Assembly (NCBI GenBank): GCA_026770705.1
Contig: JANJGN010000012.1
Location: forward strand, 136,028,001 to 136,092,000
Length of the DNA: 64,000 nucleotides
Direction: 5' to 3'
Origin: Isurus oxyrinchus
Taxonomy: Eukaryota
The translations under genes and the position numbers were made by a program. Below, piece by piece: positions 1-62,766 of the stretch (positions within the stretch are counted from its first letter, which is position 1; each line of letters starts with the position of its first letter). Below the pieces are notes generated by a model, which was given only the letters and a program-made list of their open reading frames with translations, had not been told where the DNA came from and did no database searches.

Positions 1-640
1 TTACAAAATGGCCATCTTTCTATACGGGTGAAAACTGTAAATATTTGCAGGTGGAGGAGATTCAGATCTTGCTCCTATCCGAACGCCAAGTGTGCACTAT
101 CAAGTACGGGATTTTAATGGATTAACAATCTGGAACCTGGGTTAATTTTCCCTCCTCAGCACAGGGTTGAGGCCAACTACTTGACTCCAACATGGGTTAA
201 CTAAGTGGGGACTTTCCAATTCCAGTAGTTCCAACAGGAACTGGGACGATCTAACACGAAACTTAAAACTGGAAACTCAGTGATTACTTACAATGCAAAC
301 TGAAGTCAAAACTTACTACAATTGGCAGGTTTTAACTGAAAACAAAAACCTATCTACCCTTGATCCCTATATACATAATTTATAACTATTGATAAATCGT
401 GAAAATATATTACAAATATATCCTAGCTTAAGAGCAGGTTTTGTTAAAAATAAGACAACTGATTTTCCTGACTGCCCTCACCCTGTCCTGAAAGTACTGA
501 CTCTTGCTGGAGTAGTTCCACTAGCTTCAGTCCTCACCTAAGCAGTTGCATTTCATATGAGCTTAGACAGCGGGTGTTCAGGGACAATTCAAGTATGGAG
601 TGCATCACAACGGGACTGTGTTTGGTCCTCAACAGATCTC

Positions 641-700
641 AACACACACACACACATCCCAACCCCCCCTACACACACCCTCCCACACACAACACACACA
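641..700. repeat. Imperfect (CA)n / C-rich microsatellite
   Basis: aacacacacacacacatcccaacccccctacacacacc... Confidence 0.7.
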
Positions 701-1299
701 CTTTCCAGCATAATTCACAGGATACTGAAGAAGAGCAGGATCCTGACTGAATTGCCCCTTCCTACCCAGGAGCACTTAAATAATTGCTAAATGTAACCAA
801 TACCCCTCGCTGAGATTAACAAAGTCAGTAGAAACCAATTATTGCAGCCAGCAACTTCCAGTTTGTCTGATTCAGTACTATTACTTTTATATACAGCCTT
901 TTGGAAGGTAGGGGAGGGAAGAGAGGATTGAACCCATTGAATTTCGAAAGGGTATACACTATTTTATAGAGTAGATGCTGATGGAGTAATTTAAATCCTA
1001 CATTGAAAGCAGGTGCTGGTCCTAAATCTCAGGCCAGAGAGATTACAAATAGCTGGGAAATAAACTGCGCCCAGAGCTTTCTTATTTTTGTTTTTAACTG
1101 AAAAAGGCCAGATCTTCCCAACTATAAGACAAACTTAAAAAAATCATTGGAAGTTGCAAACAACTTTTCAAACTAATTTGTACCAAAGCCCTCTCAATAA
1201 TCTGAGAGGTCCATTCAGTTAACACTGCAGAAACTGATCATCGCTTGCTGTAATCTTTGACACCACCGCCACATGCAATTCTTTTTTTGTCCTCCTTTC

Positions 1300-3355
1300 C
1301 TCAAACCATCAATTTATTCTGGGGTATAGTCCCATGGGTGTCAACTGTCCTAAGTGGCAATGCATCCGTGAGCCTACACAAGCGTTTGTAGAAATTTCGC
1401 CAAGCTCAGTTTTGTCCTCACCAAAATGCACATACACACATTTTTCAGCAAGATCACTCTAGACGGTAATCCGAAAAAAAATAACCTTGGCCGAGGCTTT
1501 TTCTCACACTCTTGCGGATCCAAGCTGAAATTATCTAATGTAGGTTAGATTATAAACAGAATCTTGGAACACAAATATAATCTGGAGGTGATTTTGGAGA
1601 CATGCTCTACCAGCTAAAAAAGTTATAAACTTGCCCTCTTATACAAAAACTCCTCTCAATGAAATTCAATTAAATCTTTTGTTTGGGTGGATTGTAATGG
1701 ATGATCAAACACTAGACGTTCTAAATTAGGAATTGGGATGAGACATCAGAAAGTAACAGGGGAATGCCATCTTAATGAAAGCGACTCTCCCCAATTATAT
1801 AGTGCCATTTTAAAGCTCATCATCCAGGGATTGTTAGGAAGGTTCTTAGAAAGTAGAAACTTTTTCACAAATGGATATATAAAGTCAACATTTATGGCCA
1901 AAAGAGAATTATATAAAGATGCTGTACAGTTAGTCCTGGTCATACAGAACGCTTAGTCACTGAAAGGTTACTTCTGAATGTTACTATTGTTTTAAACAAT
2001 GTTCTTTCCCCACCCTCTCCCCATTTCAGAAATGTATAACCATCTCACTTGCAAAGTGTTCTACACTGCTGATAATTTTCAGATGCATAAACTAACAGGA
2101 AATGAAGTAGAAACAGAGGAAATGCCAATGTGGCCTGGAGTGCTACTTGCCCAAATTGAACGTTGGGGTTGGATATATGGGGAGTGTCACTTGTGTCCTC
2201 AGAGATTATTTTAAAAGTTGTACTGGCAAAAATGAGAGAAAATGGGAAAAGCTCAACTTCTAACTAAAGATGACATATTATTATACAGCAGCCCTTCCTG
2301 AATCAGAGGTGACAGCACACATACCATAAAAATATTTCCCAATCAAGCTCTATAAAACTAGAGCTATGATTGATCTACATATCTCAATCCTTTAAAAATA
2401 TAGGGCAAAAGCCTCTGTTTTCTAGCTACTCTTTATACAGAGGAGGAAGAATATATCTGGGATTATGAGCGCTACTGGTACAGGGTGTTTTAAGAGGCTG
2501 TTTAAAAAAAAAAATCAATAAAAGGTGCAACGGTAGAGTAGACATCTGTTCACCAAACAGTAGCCTGCACCTATCTTTCAAGTATCAACAGTGCTGGAAA
2601 AAACATTTCAATAAGAATTTGTCACATGGTAAGGACTCCCTGAATTTCACTCCACTTGCTTAAATTAAAATTGAAAACATTGACGTGAACTTAAATTAAT
2701 CTCAAAATGAAGTATGAATACATCTTTTGGCAAAGACTGAATTGGGGGTGGGGAGAGAGGAGACTGCTGTAATGGGCCATGAGGACACAAAGAATGTGGT
2801 ACAAGCAGAAAGCAAAAAGGAGGAAAAAAAATGATAGGAGGAATATACACAATCTGATTTGTTACTTAGCTCATCAACGGAACATGCGTCTGGTTAGTTG
2901 ACAAGTTTTCCAGCTCTGCTTCAGGGCCAATTATAAGATGCTATTAATTCCAGGAAGCCCTCTCCCGATCATCTTTAAATTATCAACAGCAGCCAACTGT
3001 ATCCCTATGTGTAAGTGGGGGATCAGCTTGGCTGCTCCTTCACATACAACACAAATGAACACACTACATTTTTAAACTATTTATCACAGCACATTAATTC
3101 TATTTAAGCATGTACAATATCCTCATTATATTAGGTTCTTCAGCTTGTAAATACAGAGTGACAAAGCCAAGACAAAAGCTTTTCAGCCATTCCCCACAGG
3201 GTTTCCAACACAAATAGACAGTCTTGACATGTCTGGATAAACAGATGTCTACTGGAAAGTAAAGCACAAGAAATGAAATGCATTCCTCCTTTACAGAATC
3301 CCTTAAATGACAGCACAGTACTCTTTCCTGACAAGATTATTATACATATTAGTAG
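1300..3355 (-). other. ITCH: Probable ITCH 3' UTR (end uncertain)
   Basis: AT-rich, largely TE-free sequence after the stop codon. The first minus-strand AATAAA I found is at 1313-1318. Confidence 0.45.
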
Positions 3356-53944
<50,589 letters not shown>

Positions 53945-56929
53945 GGTTCAGGCTGCATGAGAAACCTAAAGAAGAAAACTAGCTAGGTGAAAAGCAAATT
54001 TCAAAAAATGTGTACGCTTGTAACAGCCTAGAACAAGTCTGCTCTGTATAATTAGAATCACTGTATACTGAGGTCACTGAGAAAATCAGCTGAAGTGTCA
54101 TGCCTGTATCACTTTCAGTCACCTTAGCAATCAGATCAGAGCAGAGCCATTGAGGCCGGAAATAAGCTGCCTTGTCCAGCTTCTCAATCACAATTGATTC
54201 ATAGCCCATAATGAAAGCAAAGGAATTTATACCTCATAAATTACAGCTTTTTCTTGGGGGTGTGGGAAGGGGTGGGGATGCAGTGGTGCTGCATGAAATT
54301 TAAATGTCTTTATGTTAGGCAGGAGAAATATCAGTAAATTCCCACTATCCAACAACCCTGGTCACAAACCAGATAACTGGTAATATCATGCGGTTCATGT
54401 GAACCAGTTCAGGTTAACAATGATCAAACAAACGTAGCCACATTTGATCCCATATCAGCTTCCCTGCTTCCACCCAATTTCCTTTCCATTTCCAGCCCAA
54501 TTCGCCATATGGATCAACTGTTGACCATTTGTATCCAACACCACACAGACCAATCTCCACTTCTGTTCACAAACAATGCTGCAGGAGGTCTGTTCGTATA
54601 GCCTTAAAATATTAACAAAATTTATCAGCTAAAATTAGCTAAGTCTGCAACCCCACCCCCCGGCCAGGCCAGTTTTGGCATTCAAACATCTACATTGAGG
54701 AAAACACCACTTCAGGATGAAGACATTGGTCTAAACCATATGAATTGCAACACGTCAACAGGCTACTGCTGAACCCCAAATCATCGATAGAAAGGAACTC
54801 TAATCTCTTCTTTTCCCATGATCAGTTAATCCCTTCCTTAAGGTTAGTATGTTCAGTTACAGAGCAATACATAGAGTCAGAGAGCCCAGGTCAGTATCAC
54901 TGGTACACAAACTGAAACCTGACTGTAACCACTGAAAGAAAGTATTTTCTCAAAGTAGGTTGTGCTGAGAAGAAAACTGACATAATAAACAACTTCTTGT
55001 AAAAAAAAACTGAAGAACAACAGTGGGTTATTGTGGCTTTAAAGCAATAACAGGTTTGAGCAAATGTATAGACAGATCCCTAAGTGTTGTTATTGCTATT
55101 GGTGCAATTTACTTTGCATTATTCAGTAACCTCCTTAGTTGGTCATTCTGTGTTACCAAGGGACTGATGTTAAAAGTGCCATTTTAACCAAGACCAACAG
55201 CTTCTACTGTTCTACCATAAAGTTTAACTTTCCAGATCTTACAATTATCTAAAATATTAACCCAACTTTCTAATGTTTCAGTTGAATATCAGCAATTTTT
55301 AACAAGAGTAGGTCTCTTATACATCAGATACCATGATAGAGATGGACGCAAGCCACTTATCAGTAAGTTACATGAGAACCCCATCACCTCCAAGTTCCCT
55401 TCAAGTCAAACACCAACTGATGCAGACCGCTTTTTTCTTCACTACTGCTGGGTTTAAGTCCATACCTTCACCATGCAGATGGCAGTAGTTCAAGATAACA
55501 ACCTTTTCAATGACAACTGGGGATGGGCAACATCAGCCTCGCCAGTGCTAAATGTTTATAAGAATTAATGGACAGGAAGTTTTTTGCACCATAACTTCAT
55601 GTATTTCTGTCATATAGACAGGGTGCCTTATAAAGGATTTACAAACAAAAAAGACAACCTTATAATATGGTGCACCAGAAAGCAAGAGATATTACATGCT
55701 TTGTTTACAGAAATATTATTCACAGATATTTGATGTAAATAGTTCTATCATACCTACCAATCTACCAAAGGATGCCAAAAAACTCAGTCTTTCCTGGACA
55801 TTTCTTTCTTGGGACAGACCTTCCGAGGTGCTGGTTTCTTTGCTCGCCCTATAAAAGTTAAACAATGCAGAGGTTCAGTTTATCACAAGAGCCTACTCAG
55901 CACTGAATTGTACTATTTATAGGAAAAAAGTTACATGTAGCTAAGTTATACTCAACTGGAAAAATTTGAACAAGAATGGCTAATCAGAGTTGAGTTAGGG
56001 CTGAAGCATCTTTCGACTCAACACTCAGGAATCTGATGTCCTAACCATGTATCATCAATTGGCTCATTTAAGCAATTAAACCAACTAGCACTTAATCCTA
56101 AATCAAAACATTCCTTCAGGTAGTTTTGGGAGAATTATATTTCTGGGTAATTTACAAAGTTGCAAGGGGACATGATATGATAATCATTCCCACTTCTGAC
56201 CTTATGATGGAAGGAAGGTCATTGATGAATCAGCTGAAGATGGTTAGGCTGAGAACACTACCCTGAGGGACTCAAGGAGGAATGAGGAATGAGGTTGATG
56301 AGTCACACCTAAATTGATAGGTGTAGTTAATTATTCCGTATGTTAACTTAAGGGAAGGTTCCCCAAATAACGGCAACAAAAATGTGACTTCTTAATTCAT
56401 TTCAGACTTCAAAGCACCCAGTTTTCTTTACTGATGGTAATATGGAACTGATGCTGCCGAACAAACACAACAGGCCAGCTCTTTTACTACATGACTACAG
56501 GAATGAAAATATGATAGAACCATAGAAAAGAATCAAAGAACCGTGCAACACAAGAGGCCATGATTTTGGTCCATCGACTCTGCTCTGCTCTTTAGAAGAG
56601 CGATCAGTTTGTCCCCCCCACCGCCCCCTTCCCTTTCAACATACATCTGAAATTTTCTTTCCTTGAAGTATCAACCAATTTCCATTTGAGGGCTATCATT
56701 GAACCTTTATCCATCATCCTATCAGGCAATACATTCCAAATTCTACTCGTCAGATTTCCTTCCTTAAAGGGGCATCAGTGAACCAGATGGGTTTTTAAGA
56801 CAATTGATGATAGTTTCATGGTCACCATCACTGAGACTAGCTTTAAATTCCAGAATTAAGAAAAAAACAAATAAATTCCACCAGGTACAGTGGTGGGATT
56901 TGAACCCATGTCCCAAGGTATTAGCTTAT

Positions 56930-59350
56930 ACCGCTTCAGTATCTGAGAAGACGCGAATGTTGCTGAACACTGTGCAATCATCAGCCAACATTCCCACTTC
57001 TGACCTTAGGATGGAAGGAAGGTCATTGATGAATCAGCTGAAGATGGTTAGGCTGAGGACACTACCCTGAGGGACTCCTATCGTGATGTCCGGGAGCTGA
57101 GATGACTGACCTCCAACAACCACAACCATCTTCCTTTGTGCTAGGTATGACTCCAAAAGTGGAGAGTTTTCCCCTTGAATCCTATTGACTCTAGTTTGCT
57201 AGGGCTTCTTGATGCCACACTGAGTCAAATGCTGCCTTGATGTCAAGGGCAGTCACTCTCACCTCAACTCGGGAGTTCAGCTCTTTTGTCCATGTTTGAA
57301 CCAAGGCTGTAACAGGGTCAGGAACTGAGTGCTCCTGGCTGAACCCAAACTGGATGTCAGTGAGCAGGTTATTACTCAGCAAGTGCTGCTTCATAACACT
57401 GTTGATGGCCCCTTCCACTACTTTACTGATGGAGAGTAGACTGGCGGGGTAGTAGGTGGCTAAGTTGGATTTGTCCTGCTTTTTGTGTACAGGACATACC
57501 TGGGCAATTTTCCACATAGCCGGGTAGATGCCAGTGTTGTGGCTGTACTGGAACAGCTTGGCTAGGGGCACGGCAAGTTCTGAAGCACAAGTCTCCAGTA
57601 CTATTGTTGGAATATTGTCAGGGCCCATGGCTTTTGCAGTATCCAGTGCCTTCAGCCGTTTCTTGATATCACATGGAGTGAATTGAATTGGATTAAGACT
57701 GACATTTGTGATGTTGGGAGCCTCCAGAAGGTACCAAAATGGATCATCCACTTGGCACTTCTGGCCTTATCTTTTGCACTGATGTGCTGGGCTCCTCCAT
57801 CATTGAGGATGGGGATATTTGTAGAGCCTCTTCCTCCAGTGAGTTGTTTAATTGTCTACCACCATTCACAACTGGATGTGGCAACACTGCAGAGCTTAGA
57901 TCTGACCATTAGCAGTAGGGTCGCTTAGCCCTGTCTATCACTGGCTGCTTATGCTGTTTGGCACACAAGTGGTCCTGTGTTATAGCTTCACCGGGTTGAC
58001 ACCTCATTTTTAGGTATGCCTGGTGCTGCTCCTGGCATGCTCTCCTGCACTCTTCATTGAACCAGGGTTGATCTCCTGGCTTGGTGGTAATGGTAGAGTG
58101 GGGGATATGCTGGGCCATGAGGTTACAGATTGTGTTACAGTACAATTCTGCTGCTGCTGATGGCCTCATGGATGCCCAGTCTTGAGTTGCTAGATCTGTT
58201 CGAAATCTATCCCATTTAGCACGGTGGTAGTGCCACACAACACGATGGAGGGTATCCTCAATGTGAAGCCGGGACTTTGTCTCTACAACGACTGTGCGGT
58301 GGTCACTCCTGTTGATACTGTCATGGACAGATGCATCTGCAGCAAGTAGGTTGGTGAGGATGAGGTCAAGTATGTTTTTTCCTTTTGTTGGTTCCCTCAC
58401 CACCTGCCGCAGACTCAGTCTAGCAGCTATGTCCTTTAGAACTCAGCCAGCTCAATCAGTTATGGTGTTACCGAGCTACTCTTGATGGTGGACATTTAAG
58501 TCCCCCACTCAGGGTGCATTCTGCACCCTTGCCACCCTCAGTGCTTCCTCCAAGTGGTGTTCAACATGGAGGAGCACTGAGTCATCAGCTGAGGGAGGAT
58601 GGTACATGGTAATCAGCAGGAGGTTTCCTTGCCCATCTTCGACCTGATGCCATGCGGCTTCATAAGAGTCTGGAATCGATGTTAAGAACTCCCAGGGCAA
58701 CTCTCTCCCGGCTGTGTACCACTGTGCCGCCACCTCTGCTGGGTATGTCTTGCTGGTGGGACAGGACATACCCAGGGATAGTGATGGTGGTGTCTGGGAC
58801 ATTATCTGTAAGGTATGATTCCATGAGGATGACTACGTCAGGCTGTTGCTTGACCAGTCTGTGAGACAGCTCTCCCAATTTTGGCCCTAGCCCCCAGATG
58901 TTAGTAAGGAGGACCAGGGTCGGCAGGGCTGAGATTACCGTTGTCGTTTCCAGCACCTAGGTCGTTGCCGGGTGGTCCATCTGGTTTCATTCCTTTTTTG
59001 TGACTTTATTGTGGCTAGTTACAACTGAGTTGCTTGCTAGGGCATTTAAGAGTAAACCGCATTGCTGTGGGTCAGGAGTCACGTGTAGGCCAAACCAGGT
59101 AAGGGCGACCGTTTTCCTTCCATAAAGGACCTTAGTGAACCAGGTGGGTTTTTACAACAATCGACAATGATTTCATGGTCTTCATTAGACTTTTACTTCC
59201 AGATTTTTATTGAATTCAATTCAATAAGTTCCACCATCTGCCGTGGCAGGATTCAAACCTGGGTCCCCAGAGCATAACCCTGGCTGGGTCTCTGGATCAC
59301 TGATCCAGCAACATTGTTCAGTGACAATATCACTTTGCTATCACCTCCCC
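56930..59350 (-). mobile_element. tRNA-headed APE-RT LINE, 3'-truncated
   Basis: PKLGELSHRLVKQQPDVVILMESYL, REPTKGKNILDLILTN, KAMGPDNIP, ALDIKAAFDSVWHQ; SINE-like head at ~59020-59350. Confidence 0.85.
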
Positions 59351-59670
59351 ACTTACACATATGTACACCCAGGTCCCTGTACCCACTTTAGCATTGTACT
59401 CTTTATTATATATTCTTTCCATGTTCTTCCTACCAAAATGTACCACCTCACATTTCTCAGCATTGAACCTCTGTCACCTATCCGAACCAACTTGTTTATG
59501 TCCTTTTGAAGTTCTACCCTATCCTCTTCATAGTTCACAATGCTTCCAAGTTTCATATCAAGCACAAATTTTGAGATTTTGCCATTCATACCAGTCTAGA
59601 TCATGAATAAATATCAGGAGATTCAAGGGTCCCAACACTGGCCCCAAGGAACCCCACTACCAACCTTCCT
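59351..59670 (-). mobile_element. CR1 fragment
   Basis: ISKFVLDMKLG...LQKDINKL (ORF 59353..59589). Confidence 0.65.
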
Positions 59671-62600
59671 TCAGTAACTCAACACCTTTCATATCCACAG
59701 GATGTGCCATTACTCTTCACTATCCATGAATTACTTAGGTAGCTACTGTTGTCCTTTAGGCAAACATGGCAGCAAATTTGCTCAAAGCTTGGCTCTACAA
59801 CCAACGAGATAATTAATAATTTGATTAATAATTTTAATTGATTTATTTGAAAAGGAACAATGAGCAGGGTTATAGGAGAATGGCAGTGAAATGTTCAGTC
59901 GGCGAGCCGGTAGAGACATGATGGGCCAAATAGCCTTCTGTGCTGTAACAATTCTGTGATTCTGTGAAATTCAGTTTGGATTCTGCCAAGATAACTTGGT
60001 TCTAGATATCTTTACAGCCTTGGTACAAACATGGACAAAAGAGCTGAATTTCAGAGGCGAGCTGAGAGTGCCTGCCCTTGACATAAAGGCAACAATTGAT
60101 TGAGTTTGGTATCAAGGAACCCTAATAAAAATGAAGTCAATGGGAATCAGTCTCAGCAGTGAAATTCACATCCCATGAATTAATTTTTAAAAATTACCAT
60201 CCCTAATCTGTTTTACAATTTCTCCTTTACTGAAAAGGTACAGCTGTCAAAAGATATAACAAATCCAGCTTAATAGTTTGATTTTTTATAAATAACTTTT
60301 TTGATTCCATTTTTCTCTCTCCCTTCCAACTCTCACCAGCCAGCAATAACAGTTGTTGAGATGGTCACTGGTGCTTTCCAGTAACTTGCCTTAGTGACTT
60401 TAGATGAAGGTGAGGAAAGATGTAGCTCTTTTCACGGAGTCACACTGTCTGCTGCATATTTTGCCAACTACAACCTAATCGCCTCTCAATCTGCCTCCAA
60501 AATAGAAGAACAAGTTCTTGAATGTGCCCTGGGGCCATCAGGCATTGGTGGTGAAATGACTCAAGGGATGGCTCTTTTAGATGCACCAGAACCACAGCTA
60601 GCAATCTAACAAGAGAGTGATAGAGAAACCAGGTTACATTTATACTTCCTGAAATGAACAGTGAAAATCACTCTTAAGTATGCTTGTGGTTTGGAGAGGC
60701 AACTAACAATAATGCTTTCATACCGGATGTCAATACTTGCTTTCATATCAGTTTGAAGCCTTCTAACGTAAATAGCACTTTTGACATTTTATGGATGCCC
60801 TAGAAATATTGTGCACTTCTAAAGCTAAACTGAAGATGACAACCCAGCATTTGCAGTTTAGATTTGAAATCCAGTTGCTGGGGTTTTGCATCACATTAGA
60901 GTGCAATCTGTATTTGGATCAAGCATCCCTGTTTACGTAGCAACTTTATCAGTGGCTCTCCTTCAGTAAACACTGAAGCGAGTGCATTAATGTGCCTTTA
61001 GAAGACGATTTAGGTAATATCATCTTAAGACTGTCCCTGCTTTAATGCATTGATCTCTCTGCTATGGTTCTTCTCATCATAAGTTAGAACCCTGTAGATC
61101 ACAATTTTCAACAGTTTTGTATAAAAAAGAACCTCAATAGGTTAAAAGAAGTGCTAGTTCCATCTGTTAACTGGTCCTGTAAATCACCCCCAAATCCTCA
61201 ACCACCAGTGACCACCACCGCCCCCCCCAACGCAACCAATTTTCTGTGCTCCACTATAGACGATAAGTTTTTGAGATTTCTGGGCACAATAAAGTTGTCT
61301 GAATGTGAAAGCACTTTCACAGTATGCATTTATTTGATACAATCACTGTTATTTCCATCATTCACAAACATATTTCACTGGCCCATTGCTGAATATGTTA
61401 ATCTCATTCTTTCAGATGAGTTTTTTGAACTTGCAAACTTAGAAGAGGCTTTCAAGGAACAGAAAGGTCTTAGGACCAAGTGAGATCATCTCACAAAGGC
61501 ACAAGGGAAGGGGTTGACAGCAGAGAACTACAAAGGAAAACAACTTCAGTGAATTTGGGCTCCCAATGTTGATCAAAGCCAGCAGCCCCAGTCAGAAGGG
61601 CGTGGGTAAGTCAAATTTGAACAGGTTCCAATCTCACATCCTCTTGACAAGTCTGTTGATACTTACTCAAACACATGAAATAGATAATTGGGCAAAGTAC
61701 TGGAGGACAACGGCTACTTGTGTATAATTAAGCTCCAAATCAGACAAAGCCTTCTTGCAACTATCAGGTGTGCGCAATCAGAGCTCCAATGTACCCCTTT
61801 CACAATTAACCTTACAATCAGAGTTATATCAATGGAGTTATGAAAAAAAAATTGCCAAGTGCACATGGGTGGGCATCTGAATAGATATTCCAAGTGCACT
61901 TACACAGTAGCAGGGTCCTGAACTTCAGTTCCTTGCCCCACGGCAATTTATTATTCTGATGACACAGCAGATGGTGTGTGCCAGGCAGATCAAATCCACA
62001 AGGGAAACTTGATCACACTATCACAACGGTTTTGCAATTTGTATTTATTACGAGATGCGTGCCCCGAATTCAGAAGTAATCAGTCCACCAAGACTTGAGA
62101 TTTAAAAAAACAAAATTAAAATGTTTATTAACAAAAGCGATTTCAAGCACATACACAGAACTACAAATTACTACTATAATAATTCTTAAAATCTCCAATT
62201 AACCTGGCTCCCAGTTACACCTTCTTTAAGGCAATGGTCCAAAAATAGATTTTAAACAGATTTAGCAAATTATCACAATACCCAGACAGTGGAATTCAAA
62301 TGGCTCCCTCCAGCTTCAGTTTCTGTAGACTGCAGACTTATGCACAAAAATACTGGAGGCTTCACACAGTTATGTTAGATCTTACAATACCTTCCCCTGA
62401 CACAGACTCATTCTCCTTTATATGTTTCTCCCTTTTTAATCTGTAAATTCCATTGTTTCCATGTGTCTTTGGAACTTTAGCTTTCTCATAATATAAATCT
62501 TTTTATGATGCCACTATATATTGTCAGGAATTCTTGAAAAAAATAAATATTCCTTAACTAGTTCGTCTGGCTATCTGTAAACAGACTGAGGTCCCTTTGA

Positions 62601-62714
62601 AAACCAATTCCCCTTTCTATCTAAAAATGCAAATTCCCTTTTATATCTTACATGCTAAGGCCCCAACCATGTTTACTCATTAGCATATTAAAGACACTTC
62701 TACACCTTACTTCT

Positions 62715-62766
62715 GGGGCCAAGGTAGAAGCGTTCACATCGCGGCCCTGTTTCAACCAATTCTACT
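62715..62766 (+). ncRNA. HDV-like (double pseudoknot) ribozyme fold
   Basis: P1 GGGGCC/GGCCCT with G1-U wobble; P2 GGTAGAA/TTCTACT; P3 GCG/CGC; L3 TTCACAT; J4/2 CCAA. Confidence 0.7.

Noticed and set aside
60390-60490. Candidate non-coding 5' UTR exon (cag ... AAG|gcaagt, minus strand)
   Set aside because: Only splice-like motifs; no coding or homology support is available without transcript data.
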